This document shows, piece by piece, positions 18,461-27,059 of a stretch of DNA of 64,000 nt. Where the stretch lies: NCBI GenBank assembly GCA_964599455.1, contig CAZREA010000001.1, forward strand, positions 353,829-417,828, in the 5' to 3' direction. Numbering within the stretch: position 1 is the stretch's first letter; the number at the start of each line of letters is the position of its first letter. Made by a program: the position numbers and the translations under genes. The DNA comes from an uncultured Gammaproteobacteria bacterium (GTDB lineage: Bacteria; Patescibacteriota; Patescibacteriia; UBA9934). The notes under the pieces were generated by a model. The model was not told the DNA's origin. It worked only from the letters and a program-made list of their open reading frames with translations, and searched no databases.

Positions 18461-20788
18461 ATGTCAATTATGATGACAAATGCCTCTCTGAAATACAGGC
18501 CCGTCAGGATCGGTATGCTCGTTAACGAGGGCTCGATTGACGAACTTATTGCCGCCGCAAGTTGGAACAGTATTTTGTGGGGCGGTCTTTACAACCCAGT
18601 CATTCCCTGTGGAGCTAATCAGGAATTAACGCAGAGTTTGATGGAGCTATTTTCTGTTGACGTTCTCTATGCTGTAGGGAAATCAAAAGTGATCACGAAG
18701 GTAATGAACGACCACCCTTTTTTGAGAGAGCAGAGGCATATAGAGGGTCTATTTCATGAAGAAACAGCTCCACGCACAAGAGAGCGTGTTTTAGCTCCTA
18801 CATACCTCAGTTTAAAAGACATCGCTGACTACTTCTGGTACGAAGAGATGCGGCATAAGGATTCCTCCTACAAGAGCGACTTCATCCATCATACATGGGA
18901 ACAGAATGACGATCTGAATGGGTTGATGTCGATGATGTACGGGCGCATACCAAGTGCAGGTTCAGTACCCTTCAAATACTCATTCGACAATATCTTTTTA
19001 AACGGCTTACGAGCTGATTCTTCGACGGTCAAGATTGGCGACCCAATACCTGAACAAGACAAATTTTCGATCATTCAAGCCACGCAAGCACTCCTTCGAG
19101 AACACGGGGATGGTTTCTATCGAAATGGAGGGGGTGTTTATATTGGCTCCCATACCAGTTTTAACGACCTCCTGACTTTTTGGAACTTGCGAGCTTCAGG
19201 TATTGACGTTGCATTCTTTTCGACTGACGCCACAGATAGGACGTTAGGTGCCGCAAAAACACAACTCGATCGTGTTCGTAAAAGGTCGGAGGATACAGAA
19301 ATGCCCTTTGCGGCGTACCCCACCGTCTACCATCAGATTGACGATAAGGATTCAATTGATGCTCATATAAAGCTTCTGTTTTCCGAGGAGGAGAAAAGGG
19401 TGATTCATCACGTCTCGGATCATTCTTGGAACGGTCATAACATTCGGCCCGCGACTTGTAGCTTTTCTTGGGAACAAACAAGTGGAAGTGCAAGCTTGAC
19501 GAATGAGCAGCCAAGCGTGCGTTTTCAGTTACCTCCTATGGACTTCTTACGAGGTCGCGAGGATCTTGATAGCTCAACACTTGCGGTTGATGTTGATGTC
19601 TATTTTGAAGGTGATTACGAGAAACATACCCTCAAGCCCCCATATCTTCGGGGCCTAGATGAATTTTATAGAAGGGGCATACATTTTTCGCCCTTTGGTC
19701 TGCGGGTGCATGGAGGGGGTATTTCATTGCTCGTTGAGACAAACGATCATGATATCCGCCTAAACCCACTTTCAAAAATTGAAACTGTCCACAAAATTTT
19801 TGATCTTGTGGGGCTGCGATCGAAACCAAGCCAGCCGGGTATTGTTGCGCAAAAAATCATTGATCATTTCGGTGGCCTTGAAAAGTTAAGACCCCTTAAG
19901 TTTGATGGGGTGAGAAAATTACTCGAATCCTTAGAGCCGGAAGATACAGTCACGAGGGGACGGGCGACACAAACAATCCATGAATCTAATTTGACGAGAC
20001 ACAGGTTCCTTTCTTCTGCATCAGAGGGAATCAATGCCTCAGAAGTTTTTAACGGGTTGCTCAAGCAACAAGTGTTTAGGCCGGGCTTAGAGCTTACCTG
20101 CGCGAGCTGTACGCTCACCAGCTGGTTTTCACTCGCCGAGTTGGATGACGAGTGGATTTGCAGATATTGCGCCGCAAAGGAACTTACAAGCATTCAATTA
20201 GGGAACCGGGGTGACTGGAAGTTTAGGAAGAATGGTCTCTTTGCGAGGCAAAACAAGCAGGATGGCGCAATCCCCGTCATCTTGACGTTGTTGACCCTGA
20301 ATAGGAGATTCCACGACGGGAAGTTGCTCTGGCTGACGAACACTAAACTCGACGGTGATGGGGTGGACTGCGAAAGCGATTTTGTTGCTATCGTTAAAGA
20401 TAGTAGATCGAGCAAACTAGAAATTTGTATCGGGGAGTGTAAGAGTGGAGGCGGTGAAATCAATCAAGAGGATTGCGACAAGCTAACCGCCGTCGCAGAC
20501 ACGATCAAGAAAAACGATCAGCTTGATTGTTGCATTCTCTTTGCAAAGACGGCTGAAGATTTTACGGATACTGAAAAATCCTTGTTTAAGAGTTTGATTG
20601 AAAAAGGTTACCGAATTGTTCTATTCACCAATAGGGAGCTGGAGCCCTACGAACCTTACTGGACTGACGGAAGTGGAGAAAATCTCCCACAGAAATACGC
20701 CCACTCGCTGGAGGACTTCTCGGCCAATTCACGAGCCCGGTACTTATCCGATCCTGAAGCTAGCCCACAAAATTCAACGGGTGCTTAG
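18461..20788 (+). CDS. Large uncharacterised protein with internal CxxC...CxxC zinc-ribbon and C-terminal PD-(D/E)xK-like nuclease motif
   Basis: 775 aa. CASCTLTSWFSLAELDDEWICRYCAA (zinc ribbon). C-terminal DGVDCESDFVAIVKD...LEICIGECKSGGGE gives a D...ExK pattern. No NTPase motif seen. The 3' end overlaps the convergent integrase gene by 29 nt. Confidence 0.55.
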   Translation: MSIMMTNASLKYRPVRIGMLVNEGSIDELIAAASWNSILWGGLYNPVIPCGANQELTQSLMELFSVDVLYAVGKSKVITKVMNDHPFLREQRHIEGLFHEETAPRTRERVLAPTYLSLKDIADYFWYEEMRHKDSSYKSDFIHHTWEQNDDLNGLMSMMYGRIPSAGSVPFKYSFDNIFLNGLRADSSTVKIGDPIPEQDKFSIIQATQALLREHGDGFYRNGGGVYIGSHTSFNDLLTFWNLRASGIDVAFFSTDATDRTLGAAKTQLDRVRKRSEDTEMPFAAYPTVYHQIDDKDSIDAHIKLLFSEEEKRVIHHVSDHSWNGHNIRPATCSFSWEQTSGSASLTNEQPSVRFQLPPMDFLRGREDLDSSTLAVDVDVYFEGDYEKHTLKPPYLRGLDEFYRRGIHFSPFGLRVHGGGISLLVETNDHDIRLNPLSKIETVHKIFDLVGLRSKPSQPGIVAQKIIDHFGGLEKLRPLKFDGVRKLLESLEPEDTVTRGRATQTIHESNLTRHRFLSSASEGINASEVFNGLLKQQVFRPGLELTCASCTLTSWFSLAELDDEWICRYCAAKELTSIQLGNRGDWKFRKNGLFARQNKQDGAIPVILTLLTLNRRFHDGKLLWLTNTKLDGDGVDCESDFVAIVKDSRSSKLEICIGECKSGGGEINQEDCDKLTAVADTIKKNDQLDCCILFAKTAEDFTDTEKSLFKSLIEKGYRIVLFTNRELEPYEPYWTDGSGENLPQKYAHSLEDFSANSRARYLSDPEASPQNSTGA

Positions 20789-21713
20789 TCATCTGGCCAC
20801 GCAAATGCTCAACGGAGGCCGACAGGTAGATTGTGGTGGTTTTAATGTCGTTATGCCCCAGCATCTTGGAGAGGGAGTAGATATCACAGCCGCCTTCGAT
20901 CATTAGCGTGGCGAAGGTATGTCGGAGCATGTGGATGTAGAAATCTGTCCCAGAGGCCTCAATAATGCGTTCAACGAGACGTTTAAGGCCGGAGTCGGTG
21001 AATCTCCCATCCCGATTCAAAGAAACGAAAAAGTACATGGTCACTTTGTGAAGCCGCTCTCTTTCGGAGAGGTACTTTTGAAGTATGGCAATGAGCTGAA
21101 ACGGCATAGGGACCACGCGATCTTTATTGCCCTTGCCTTGCCGAATACAGATCACCATATTCGTCAGATCCACGTCGGTCATCTTCAGCGTGAGCAATTC
21201 GGTCTTACGAAGGCCACAGTACAGAAACATGGCAAACATGGCGTGGTTGCGGTAGCGAAGAAAAGCATTCGGATACGGCAGACATGCAGCGGTTTCGATA
21301 AGCGTCAGCGCCTCCTGTTTGGTAAGGCGCTTCGGGAGGTTTTTGTCTTGTCGCGGTTTCTCGATTTGTTCAAAGGGATTGTCGATGACAAAGTTTCGCT
21401 CCTTCGCCCACTTGAAGAAGACGTTTAGTCGCTTGTGGTGGGTAATGAAGGTGCTTGGCGTCCACTTTTTTGTTGACCTCCCCCAATAGAAGAATTTTTG
21501 AGCTACCAAAAAAGACACCTCATCAATGCGCTCTACTTCAGGACATGCCTGCAAGAACGTTCTGAGTGTCTCTCGATAACTCTTTACCGTCGTAGGACGG
21601 TAATTCCTGATTGTTTCCTGATACTGACAAAAACTCTCATGGAGCTCTGCGATCTTCATATTCATCTCATTTAGAGCGGAATATGGATCGAGTATCCACT
21701 TCAGGTGGTTCAA
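20760..21713 (-). CDS. Tyrosine integrase adjacent to tRNA-Thr attachment site
   Basis: HMLRHTFATLMIEGG...LGHNDIKTTTIYL. Confidence 0.8.
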   Translation of the reverse strand: MNHLKWILDPYSALNEMNMKIAELHESFCQYQETIRNYRPTTVKSYRETLRTFLQACPEVERIDEVSFLVAQKFFYWGRSTKKWTPSTFITHHKRLNVFFKWAKERNFVIDNPFEQIEKPRQDKNLPKRLTKQEALTLIETAACLPYPNAFLRYRNHAMFAMFLYCGLRKTELLTLKMTDVDLTNMVICIRQGKGNKDRVVPMPFQLIAILQKYLSERERLHKVTMYFFVSLNRDGRFTDSGLKRLVERIIEASGTDFYIHMLRHTFATLMIEGGCDIYSLSKMLGHNDIKTTTIYLSASVEHLRGQMTKHPLNFVG

Positions 21714-21735
21714 TACGAGATTAAGCCATCTGAAG

Positions 21736-22014
21736 TGGAGCCACAGACCGGGATTGAACCGGTGACCTCATCCTTCGTTTACACCTCTGCTTTCTAGGGC
21801 ATATCAGAGGGCTAGACTGTATCTTGAGCTTTCTCTTGCGAGGGAAGCTCCCCTTGTCAGTCGTTCGGGCGTACGCTTTCGCGTTGACGCCACGGTCTTG
21901 ACCTTGCCGGGTCTTTAACCGTAATTCGGGATTCAATCCTGCATTTCTGCGAGGAGGGGCAGGAGACATTACGTCCCACCATGGATGCGCTCTACCAACT
22001 GAGCTACTGCGGCA
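21736..22014 (-). tRNA. tRNA-Thr (anticodon GGU) interrupted by a 202-nt putative group I intron after anticodon position 36
   Basis: Exons (reverse complement) GCCGCAGTAGCTCAGTTGGTAGAGCGCATCCATGGT | AAGGATGAGGTCACCGGTTCAATCCCGGTCTGTGGCTCCA join into a canonical 76-nt cloverleaf with anticodon loop AUGGUAA. The spliced sequence equals the contiguous sequence seen in the fragments at 8563..8609 and 22130..22169. Confidence 0.6.
21777..21978 (-). ncRNA. Putative group I intron in tRNA-Thr anticodon loop
   Basis: The 5' exon ends in U and the intron ends in G. There are R-like (GAACGACUGACAAGG) and S-like (CAAGAUACAGUCUAGCC) elements with a 5-bp P7 (GACUG/CAGUC). A P8-like hairpin (GAGCUU...AAGCUC) and a P9-like hairpin (CCUCUG...CAGAGG) are also present. 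No ORF inside. Confidence 0.45.
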
Positions 22015-22129
22015 TGAATTGTTTGGCTCCGACGGCCACTTCCACGGGGGATGTGGTCGTCTGATTTTTGTTTTCTTGATTTCTTCTTTTACATTAGCGT
22101 GAAACCGCGTTTCTAGGGTAGACCGCCTC

Positions 22130-22169
22130 CTTACCATGGATGCGCTCTACCAACTGAGCTACTGCGGCG
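22130..22169 (-). pseudogene. 5' fragment of tRNA-Thr(GGU), positions 1 to ~41, ending at the 11-bp core (element right junction)
   Basis: Identical over 36 nt to the 5' exon of the intact gene. Sequence upstream of the core is unrelated to tRNA. Confidence 0.55.
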
Positions 22170-22177
22170 AATAAAGC

Positions 22178-23128
22178 GTGCAAATAGTAACAAACGCTCC
22201 TACGAGCGTCAACGAATCTTTTATGACAGGGAAAAAATCTTGGCTACTTGGACTCATCGTTCCGTTGATTTCACTGGCTTTTCTTTTGGGGATAGTCTAC
22301 GGAAATATCTCTCCATTAACACCAGAAGAAGCAGAAAAAGATGAACGTCCCGCCTACAGCAGCGGCTGGTATCCTGCTTCGTTCTATGCAGGCGCTTATC
22401 AAAAAGCAAAAGGTGAAAAGGTGCCCGAAGCGACATCTGGCCTTGTGGCACATCACCTCTTGGTTGCCAACAAGATTGCCGAAGTCTTTGAAAATCTTGC
22501 AAGCGATGAAGTAAAAACCGTCGTCCTTGTCGGCCCCAACCACTTCAAACGCGGCGTATCGCTTGCACAGGTATCAAAAAGAGAATGGAACACACCTTTC
22601 GGAGATGTCGTCGCTGATGATGAGGCAATTGATCGACTTCTCTCTGCCCTCCCCTTTTTACATCATGAAGAAACAGCCTATAAAAGCGAGCACGGTATCT
22701 ACGGCTTAATGCCCTTCATCGCAACTTCCTTCCCCAATGCCAAAGTAGTACCGATCATCTTACAAGAAGATTTATCCGCCGAACGTGCCTGGGAAATAGG
22801 ACAAACGATCGCGCAAACCCTTCCGGACGCAGTATTATTTGCCAGCGTTGATATGACGCATAATCGTGATGCTGAGTTTACCGCATACAATGATGCGCGC
22901 GTCCTCGATCTTTTACACGATGCCGGCATGTGCGACGGGACGCTCTGCATAACAGATCTTGTTATCGATTCAAATACCTCACTGCGTGTGCTCTTTGGTT
23001 TTAACGCCGAACGCGGTACAACACAATGGCAAATGACTCATCACGGCAGTTCTTTGGAAATGGGAGCGACCAAAAATTGGCTTGAAAATACCAGTCACAT
23101 TCTCGGCTATTTCTTGCCAGCGAAGTAA
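22178..23128 (+). CDS. MEMO1-family (AmmeMemoRadiSam system protein B-like) protein
   Basis: HHLLVANKIAE...VVLVGPNHF...ASVDMTHN pattern recalls the Memo-like fold. Alternative start MTGKK at 22223. Confidence 0.4.
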   Translation: MQIVTNAPTSVNESFMTGKKSWLLGLIVPLISLAFLLGIVYGNISPLTPEEAEKDERPAYSSGWYPASFYAGAYQKAKGEKVPEATSGLVAHHLLVANKIAEVFENLASDEVKTVVLVGPNHFKRGVSLAQVSKREWNTPFGDVVADDEAIDRLLSALPFLHHEETAYKSEHGIYGLMPFIATSFPNAKVVPIILQEDLSAERAWEIGQTIAQTLPDAVLFASVDMTHNRDAEFTAYNDARVLDLLHDAGMCDGTLCITDLVIDSNTSLRVLFGFNAERGTTQWQMTHHGSSLEMGATKNWLENTSHILGYFLPAK

Positions 23129-23165
23129 GGTATCATTTCTTCATCTTTCTCTTTTCTTTCTATAT

Positions 23166-25004
23166 ATGAATGACTCTCTATCCGGTCCACAAGGATTACG
23201 CGAGAAACCAAAACTCATTTTTATTCTTCTTGGCGTTACCGTCGTGCTTGCATTGCTGACCATTGCTTTTACTTTTGGCATGCACCTTTCTTCGTTCGTG
23301 CAGCAAGAAGCTTCCACCGAAAAACCCGTAACGCAGAACGATACCCTCAACACAGAAACCGATACTCCATCACCAGATGAAATTGATGATGAGGATGTCC
23401 CCACGCCAACCAATGGCGACGGATTATCCGTTACCTGGTATGCAGTCGACAAACAAGAGGAACGCGACTTTAACTTCTATTTGCGAGAACGTTGGGAAGA
23501 ACAGCAGGGAACCATAAACGATTTTCGTCCCACTAATCGGTACACGGCAAAAATCATTGGGGAAATTCCCGGCGGAGAAACATACGAAGGAAGATATCTC
23601 GTTCAAGCAAATGTTTCTACCGATGCCGAAATTGGTGGCGAAATGGGAACAACGTTTTACCTTCTCGAGGAACAAAAATCCGATCGAGGAGCAATCGTTC
23701 TCAATCGCTATACGGTGCATGAACCATTCTTTAGTCCTTTGGCATATAGTCAAACGGAATTTCTAGAAGCATACGCAAGCGATCAACTTATCGTAAGTGA
23801 CACAAAGGTCAGCGGCATGGATGCCCCACCCGTTCTTTCTGTAGGAGAGGAAAAATTTATTTTCATGGGAATAGGTGGGATTGTTGCCGATAAAACCATG
23901 GTAATGAACGCGTATCCCCCTACAGTATTTGCAAACGAAAATGTAGCTTCTTCTTACGCGTACGCGCTGAGTATCTACACAAGACAAGAAAACAGCGTAC
24001 TCGATGGCAGCCCGAACGATCTTTTCACTATTCTTCCCAATGGTCGAACCGTCTGGTACGCCATAGATCTTCCTGTTTGGGATGAAACCGGAGAAAACAT
24101 CCAGACTCCATCTCTTGTCTGGAATGATAAAGATGAAGTTGCGGAATATATGCGTGGCGCGATTGGCGGATGCGGCTTTGCCTATTCCACGAACGTTGTT
24201 ACCGAAAAACCCTCATTAGCCACCGCCGGCTACGTCAAAGATAAGCCCAGTGAGCTCGTATACATTCCTGCCGATTATGGCGACACCTTGTTGACCAATG
24301 ACTACAACAACTGGTCATCACTACAAAAAGCCCAAGCCGAGAACGTAGACACGAGCATTACCGCCTTCAGTAAGGGTAAGCCGATCTTCTACATGAAGGA
24401 TGGACTTGATCGTTGGGTAAAATTTACCCGCAGTGACGTTATTCCTCCGGGAGAATGCGGCAAACCCGTCATCTATCTCTATCCCGAAACAACAACAGAT
24501 TTAACGGTTACTCTTGCACCTCAAGGCGGCTTTACTAAAACCGAACCTGCATACGGAAATGGTTGGCATGTCACCGCCCATCCAGACGGCAGCCTTATCA
24601 ATCATGCCGACCAGCAAACGTATCCATATCTTTTCTGGGAAGGTCGTGGTGGGCTCTACAGCGAACCACGCAATTTCTGGGTGGTAAAGCGCGACGAAGT
24701 ACACACCTTTTTAACCACCACCCTAGCAAAACTTGGCCTCAACGAAAAAGAAACGGCAGACTTCATGGAATTCTGGGAACCACGTATGCAAGCCGCTCCG
24801 TATTACAAAATCGGCTTCCATGGCACGAGCGCCATGAACCAGATCGCCCCGCTGTCCATCTCACAAAAACCGCACATGCTCCTGCGTATTCTTATGGATT
24901 ACAGTGAATTGCAGTCCCCAATTGCCGCCAATCCCCCGCAATTGCCCGCAACGCCTGTTCGCAAAGGTTTCTCGGTCATTGAATGGGGCGGCGTGATTCG
25001 ATAA
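23166..25004 (+). CDS. Large hypothetical membrane-anchored extracellular protein
   Basis: Start at MNDSLSGPQ, then a TM helix (LIFILLGVTVVLALLTIAF). Long Thr/Asp-rich region, no motif. Confidence 0.5.
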   Translation: MNDSLSGPQGLREKPKLIFILLGVTVVLALLTIAFTFGMHLSSFVQQEASTEKPVTQNDTLNTETDTPSPDEIDDEDVPTPTNGDGLSVTWYAVDKQEERDFNFYLRERWEEQQGTINDFRPTNRYTAKIIGEIPGGETYEGRYLVQANVSTDAEIGGEMGTTFYLLEEQKSDRGAIVLNRYTVHEPFFSPLAYSQTEFLEAYASDQLIVSDTKVSGMDAPPVLSVGEEKFIFMGIGGIVADKTMVMNAYPPTVFANENVASSYAYALSIYTRQENSVLDGSPNDLFTILPNGRTVWYAIDLPVWDETGENIQTPSLVWNDKDEVAEYMRGAIGGCGFAYSTNVVTEKPSLATAGYVKDKPSELVYIPADYGDTLLTNDYNNWSSLQKAQAENVDTSITAFSKGKPIFYMKDGLDRWVKFTRSDVIPPGECGKPVIYLYPETTTDLTVTLAPQGGFTKTEPAYGNGWHVTAHPDGSLINHADQQTYPYLFWEGRGGLYSEPRNFWVVKRDEVHTFLTTTLAKLGLNEKETADFMEFWEPRMQAAPYYKIGFHGTSAMNQIAPLSISQKPHMLLRILMDYSELQSPIAANPPQLPATPVRKGFSVIEWGGVIR

Positions 25005-25064
25005 CCCTCCCATTGACCTTTTCCGCCATTTCTATTATTATTTTGCGGACTTTCTTCCCCCCCT

Positions 25065-25220
25065 ATGTCCCAAGATAATGCCATCAAATTGGAATGCGAG
25101 ACCTGCAAATCGCTTGGTTATCGCTCCCACAAAAATAAGAAGACCATCAAGGCTCGCTTAAACGTCAAAAAACACTGCAAATCCTGCGGTAAGCACCAGA
25201 TGTTTAAAGAGACGAAGTAA
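25065..25220 (+). CDS. rpmG: 50S ribosomal protein L33
   Basis: MSQDNAIKLECETCKSLGYRSHKNKKTIKARLNVKKHCKSCGKHQMFKETK has a zinc-ribbon CxxC...CxxC and the KNKK/KETK hallmarks. It is under 60 aa, so absent from the ORF track. Confidence 0.8.
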   Translation: MSQDNAIKLECETCKSLGYRSHKNKKTIKARLNVKKHCKSCGKHQMFKETK

Positions 25221-25231
25221 TGGTGAATGGA

Positions 25232-25367
25232 TAGACCCTGAGCGCATGCGAAGGGCCTAGAAAAATTCCTTAGCCAAATACGAGAATGAAAAATCCTGAA
25301 AGAATTCTTTCAGGATTTTTGATATCCATCTTATGAATCTGCTAGGCCCTTCCTAACGTCAGGGTCT
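25232..25367. repeat. MITE/REP-like palindromic element with imperfect terminal inverted repeats and a central perfect hairpin
   Basis: Left end TAGACCCTGAGCGCATGCGAAGGGCCTAG pairs with right end CTAGGCCCTTCCTAACGTCAGGGTCTA. Centre AAAATCCTGAAAGAATTCTTTCAGGATTTT (25290-25319) is a bidirectional terminator-like hairpin. A related copy is at 26950..27030. Confidence 0.5.
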
Positions 25368-26160
25368 ATTCTTCCTCCTTCGTACTCTCCCCCAACCTTT
25401 CCTCAAATGCAGCGATCTTCTTATTCTCGGGATTTACTTCTTTTAATTTTTCCAAACCTTTCTTCGCTTCATCAATTTGGTCGACCGCAAGTGCACTTTC
25501 AATAACCGCATCAAGATACTTTGGACTATTGGGCAAGCGCTCAAGTGCAGCAGCATAGGACTTATGTGCCGCATACAAATCTTGTCGAGCCTCATGAATT
25601 TGCGCGAGTAAAAAATGACCTTCAGCTTCTTTTGGCTGCAGCTTGATGAGGTAAGAAACGGTTTCTTTTGCTTCTTCGTATTGTTTCTTTTCTAAATAGA
25701 CACGTCCTAAAAGCTCGTATGCCGGAGCATGTTTTGGAGAGGCACTGATTATCTCCACTAAACGCTCTTCGGCGGCATCATATTGCCCTTCTCGCACCAA
25801 ACGCTGGGCTTCGGCTAACATTGCATGCAATTCTTCAGCGGAAACATGCCCAGTAGCTTCATGACGCTTCTTGGCATACGAGCGCTCCAAAGAAATGAGT
25901 CTTCCTGCAAAGCGACGAAACCCTACCTGCACCATATGCCAGGGAACGAGCAGAGCCTTTTTAATAAAACCAAGATATCTCGCTAAAACGCGATAAAAAC
26001 GCTCTTCCATTAAGCGATCACGAAGTTTACGTTGACGATGGTGTTGAGCGGTTTCGGGATCAATAACCCGAACTTGGGGTATTTTGCGCAATATAAGAAT
26101 AGCTAACGTGAGTATCCCAACTCCACCCAATACTGCCCCTGCAATCATCAAACCATTCAT
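25366..26160 (-). CDS. TPR-repeat protein with N-terminal transmembrane anchor
   Basis: TM helix at the N-terminus, then several 34-aa TPR-like repeats (AYELLGRVYLEKKQYEEAKE..). Confidence 0.6.
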   Translation of the reverse strand: MNGLMIAGAVLGGVGILTLAILILRKIPQVRVIDPETAQHHRQRKLRDRLMEERFYRVLARYLGFIKKALLVPWHMVQVGFRRFAGRLISLERSYAKKRHEATGHVSAEELHAMLAEAQRLVREGQYDAAEERLVEIISASPKHAPAYELLGRVYLEKKQYEEAKETVSYLIKLQPKEAEGHFLLAQIHEARQDLYAAHKSYAAALERLPNSPKYLDAVIESALAVDQIDEAKKGLEKLKEVNPENKKIAAFEERLGESTKEEE

Positions 26161-26162
26161 AG

Positions 26163-26936
26163 TTATTCCTGGAAGGTTAGCACATCAGTAGCGGCTCGTA
26201 CAATGTCTTGAAAAGCATGAATATGCAAACTTGCCGAGCCAACCAACACACCATCAATTTCCGGTTCACGCAAAAACATGTAGGCATTTTGCTCATCAAC
26301 CGAACCACCATACAAAACCTGCACCTTTTCTTTTGTACTGGAGAAGAGATCTTCTGCCTCTTCTTTTATCGCTTGCACCATCAGCAAAACATCAGCAATG
26401 GGTGGAGTCTGTTTTGTACCAATAGCCCACAAGGGTTCATAGGCGAACATGGGCACAAAACCTTTCGGCACTTCGGCAGCCGCACATATTCTACGCATAG
26501 TGCGTCGGACTGCTTCAACTGCTGTTCCGGCCTCATACTCCCCACGCGTTTCTCCAACACAAAGAACAGGCTTGATATGACTTCCCGCAATCGCTTGCAA
26601 TTTCTTACGCAATAATTCTTCAGATTCGCCAAATATTATTCTTCGTTCGGAATGGCCAAGTAAAACCGTGGCGCATCCGATATCCTCAAGATGCCCAACG
26701 CCAACAGCGCCGGTATACGCACCATACCGATCAGGTCCCACATCTTGGGCGCCCAACGTCAGACGAGTTCTTGCTAATACTTTATGCACTTCATACAACG
26801 CAGTAAACGCAGGACAAAGAATAATGTTCGGGATCACATCTTTTCCCTGCACGGTCATAACCGCAGCCTTTGCTAAAGCTACCGACTCGCGGATGCCTAA
26901 ATGCATTTTCCAATTGGCAATGATGGTTTTTTGCAT
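26163..26936 (-). CDS. tpiA: Triose-phosphate isomerase
   Basis: NWKMH, AYEPLWAIGT, GGS motifs. Confidence 0.9.
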   Translation of the reverse strand: MQKTIIANWKMHLGIRESVALAKAAVMTVQGKDVIPNIILCPAFTALYEVHKVLARTRLTLGAQDVGPDRYGAYTGAVGVGHLEDIGCATVLLGHSERRIIFGESEELLRKKLQAIAGSHIKPVLCVGETRGEYEAGTAVEAVRRTMRRICAAAEVPKGFVPMFAYEPLWAIGTKQTPPIADVLLMVQAIKEEAEDLFSSTKEKVQVLYGGSVDEQNAYMFLREPEIDGVLVGSASLHIHAFQDIVRAATDVLTFQE

Positions 26937-26949
26937 AGGAAGGGGAAAG

Positions 26950-27030
26950 ACTCTGAGCGAATGCGAAGGGCCTAGAAAAATTCCTTCGTGACGTAGGAGT
27001 TTTCTAGGTCCCTCCTAACGTCGGGATCTG
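26950..27030. repeat. Second, shorter copy of the palindromic repeat element
   Basis: GACTCTGAGCGAATGCGAAGGGCCTAGAAAAATTCCTT...TTTTCTAGGTCCCTCCTAACGTCGGGATC shares both arms with 25232..25367. Confidence 0.5.
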
Positions 27031-27059
27031 CACATATCTTGTCTCAAATCACCTTCTAT

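Larger units (their letters stand above)
8599..22140. mobile_element. ~13.5-kb integrative element (genomic island) in tRNA-Thr(GGU), bounded by 11-bp direct repeats CCTTACCATGG
   Basis: The core occurs at 8599..8609 and 22130..22140, each attached to a partial tRNA-Thr copy. Three tyrosine recombinase genes, an excisionase-like HTH gene, a copper-resistance cassette and unknown cargo lie between them. One integrase abuts an intact tRNA-Thr. Confidence 0.65.

Noticed and set aside
22015-22129. Possible second full tRNA between the intact tRNA-Thr and the 5' fragment
   Set aside because: Only the 5' ~41 nt (22130..22169) match tRNA. The upstream sequence (GACCGCCTCCTT...) does not form a T-arm or acceptor 3' strand.
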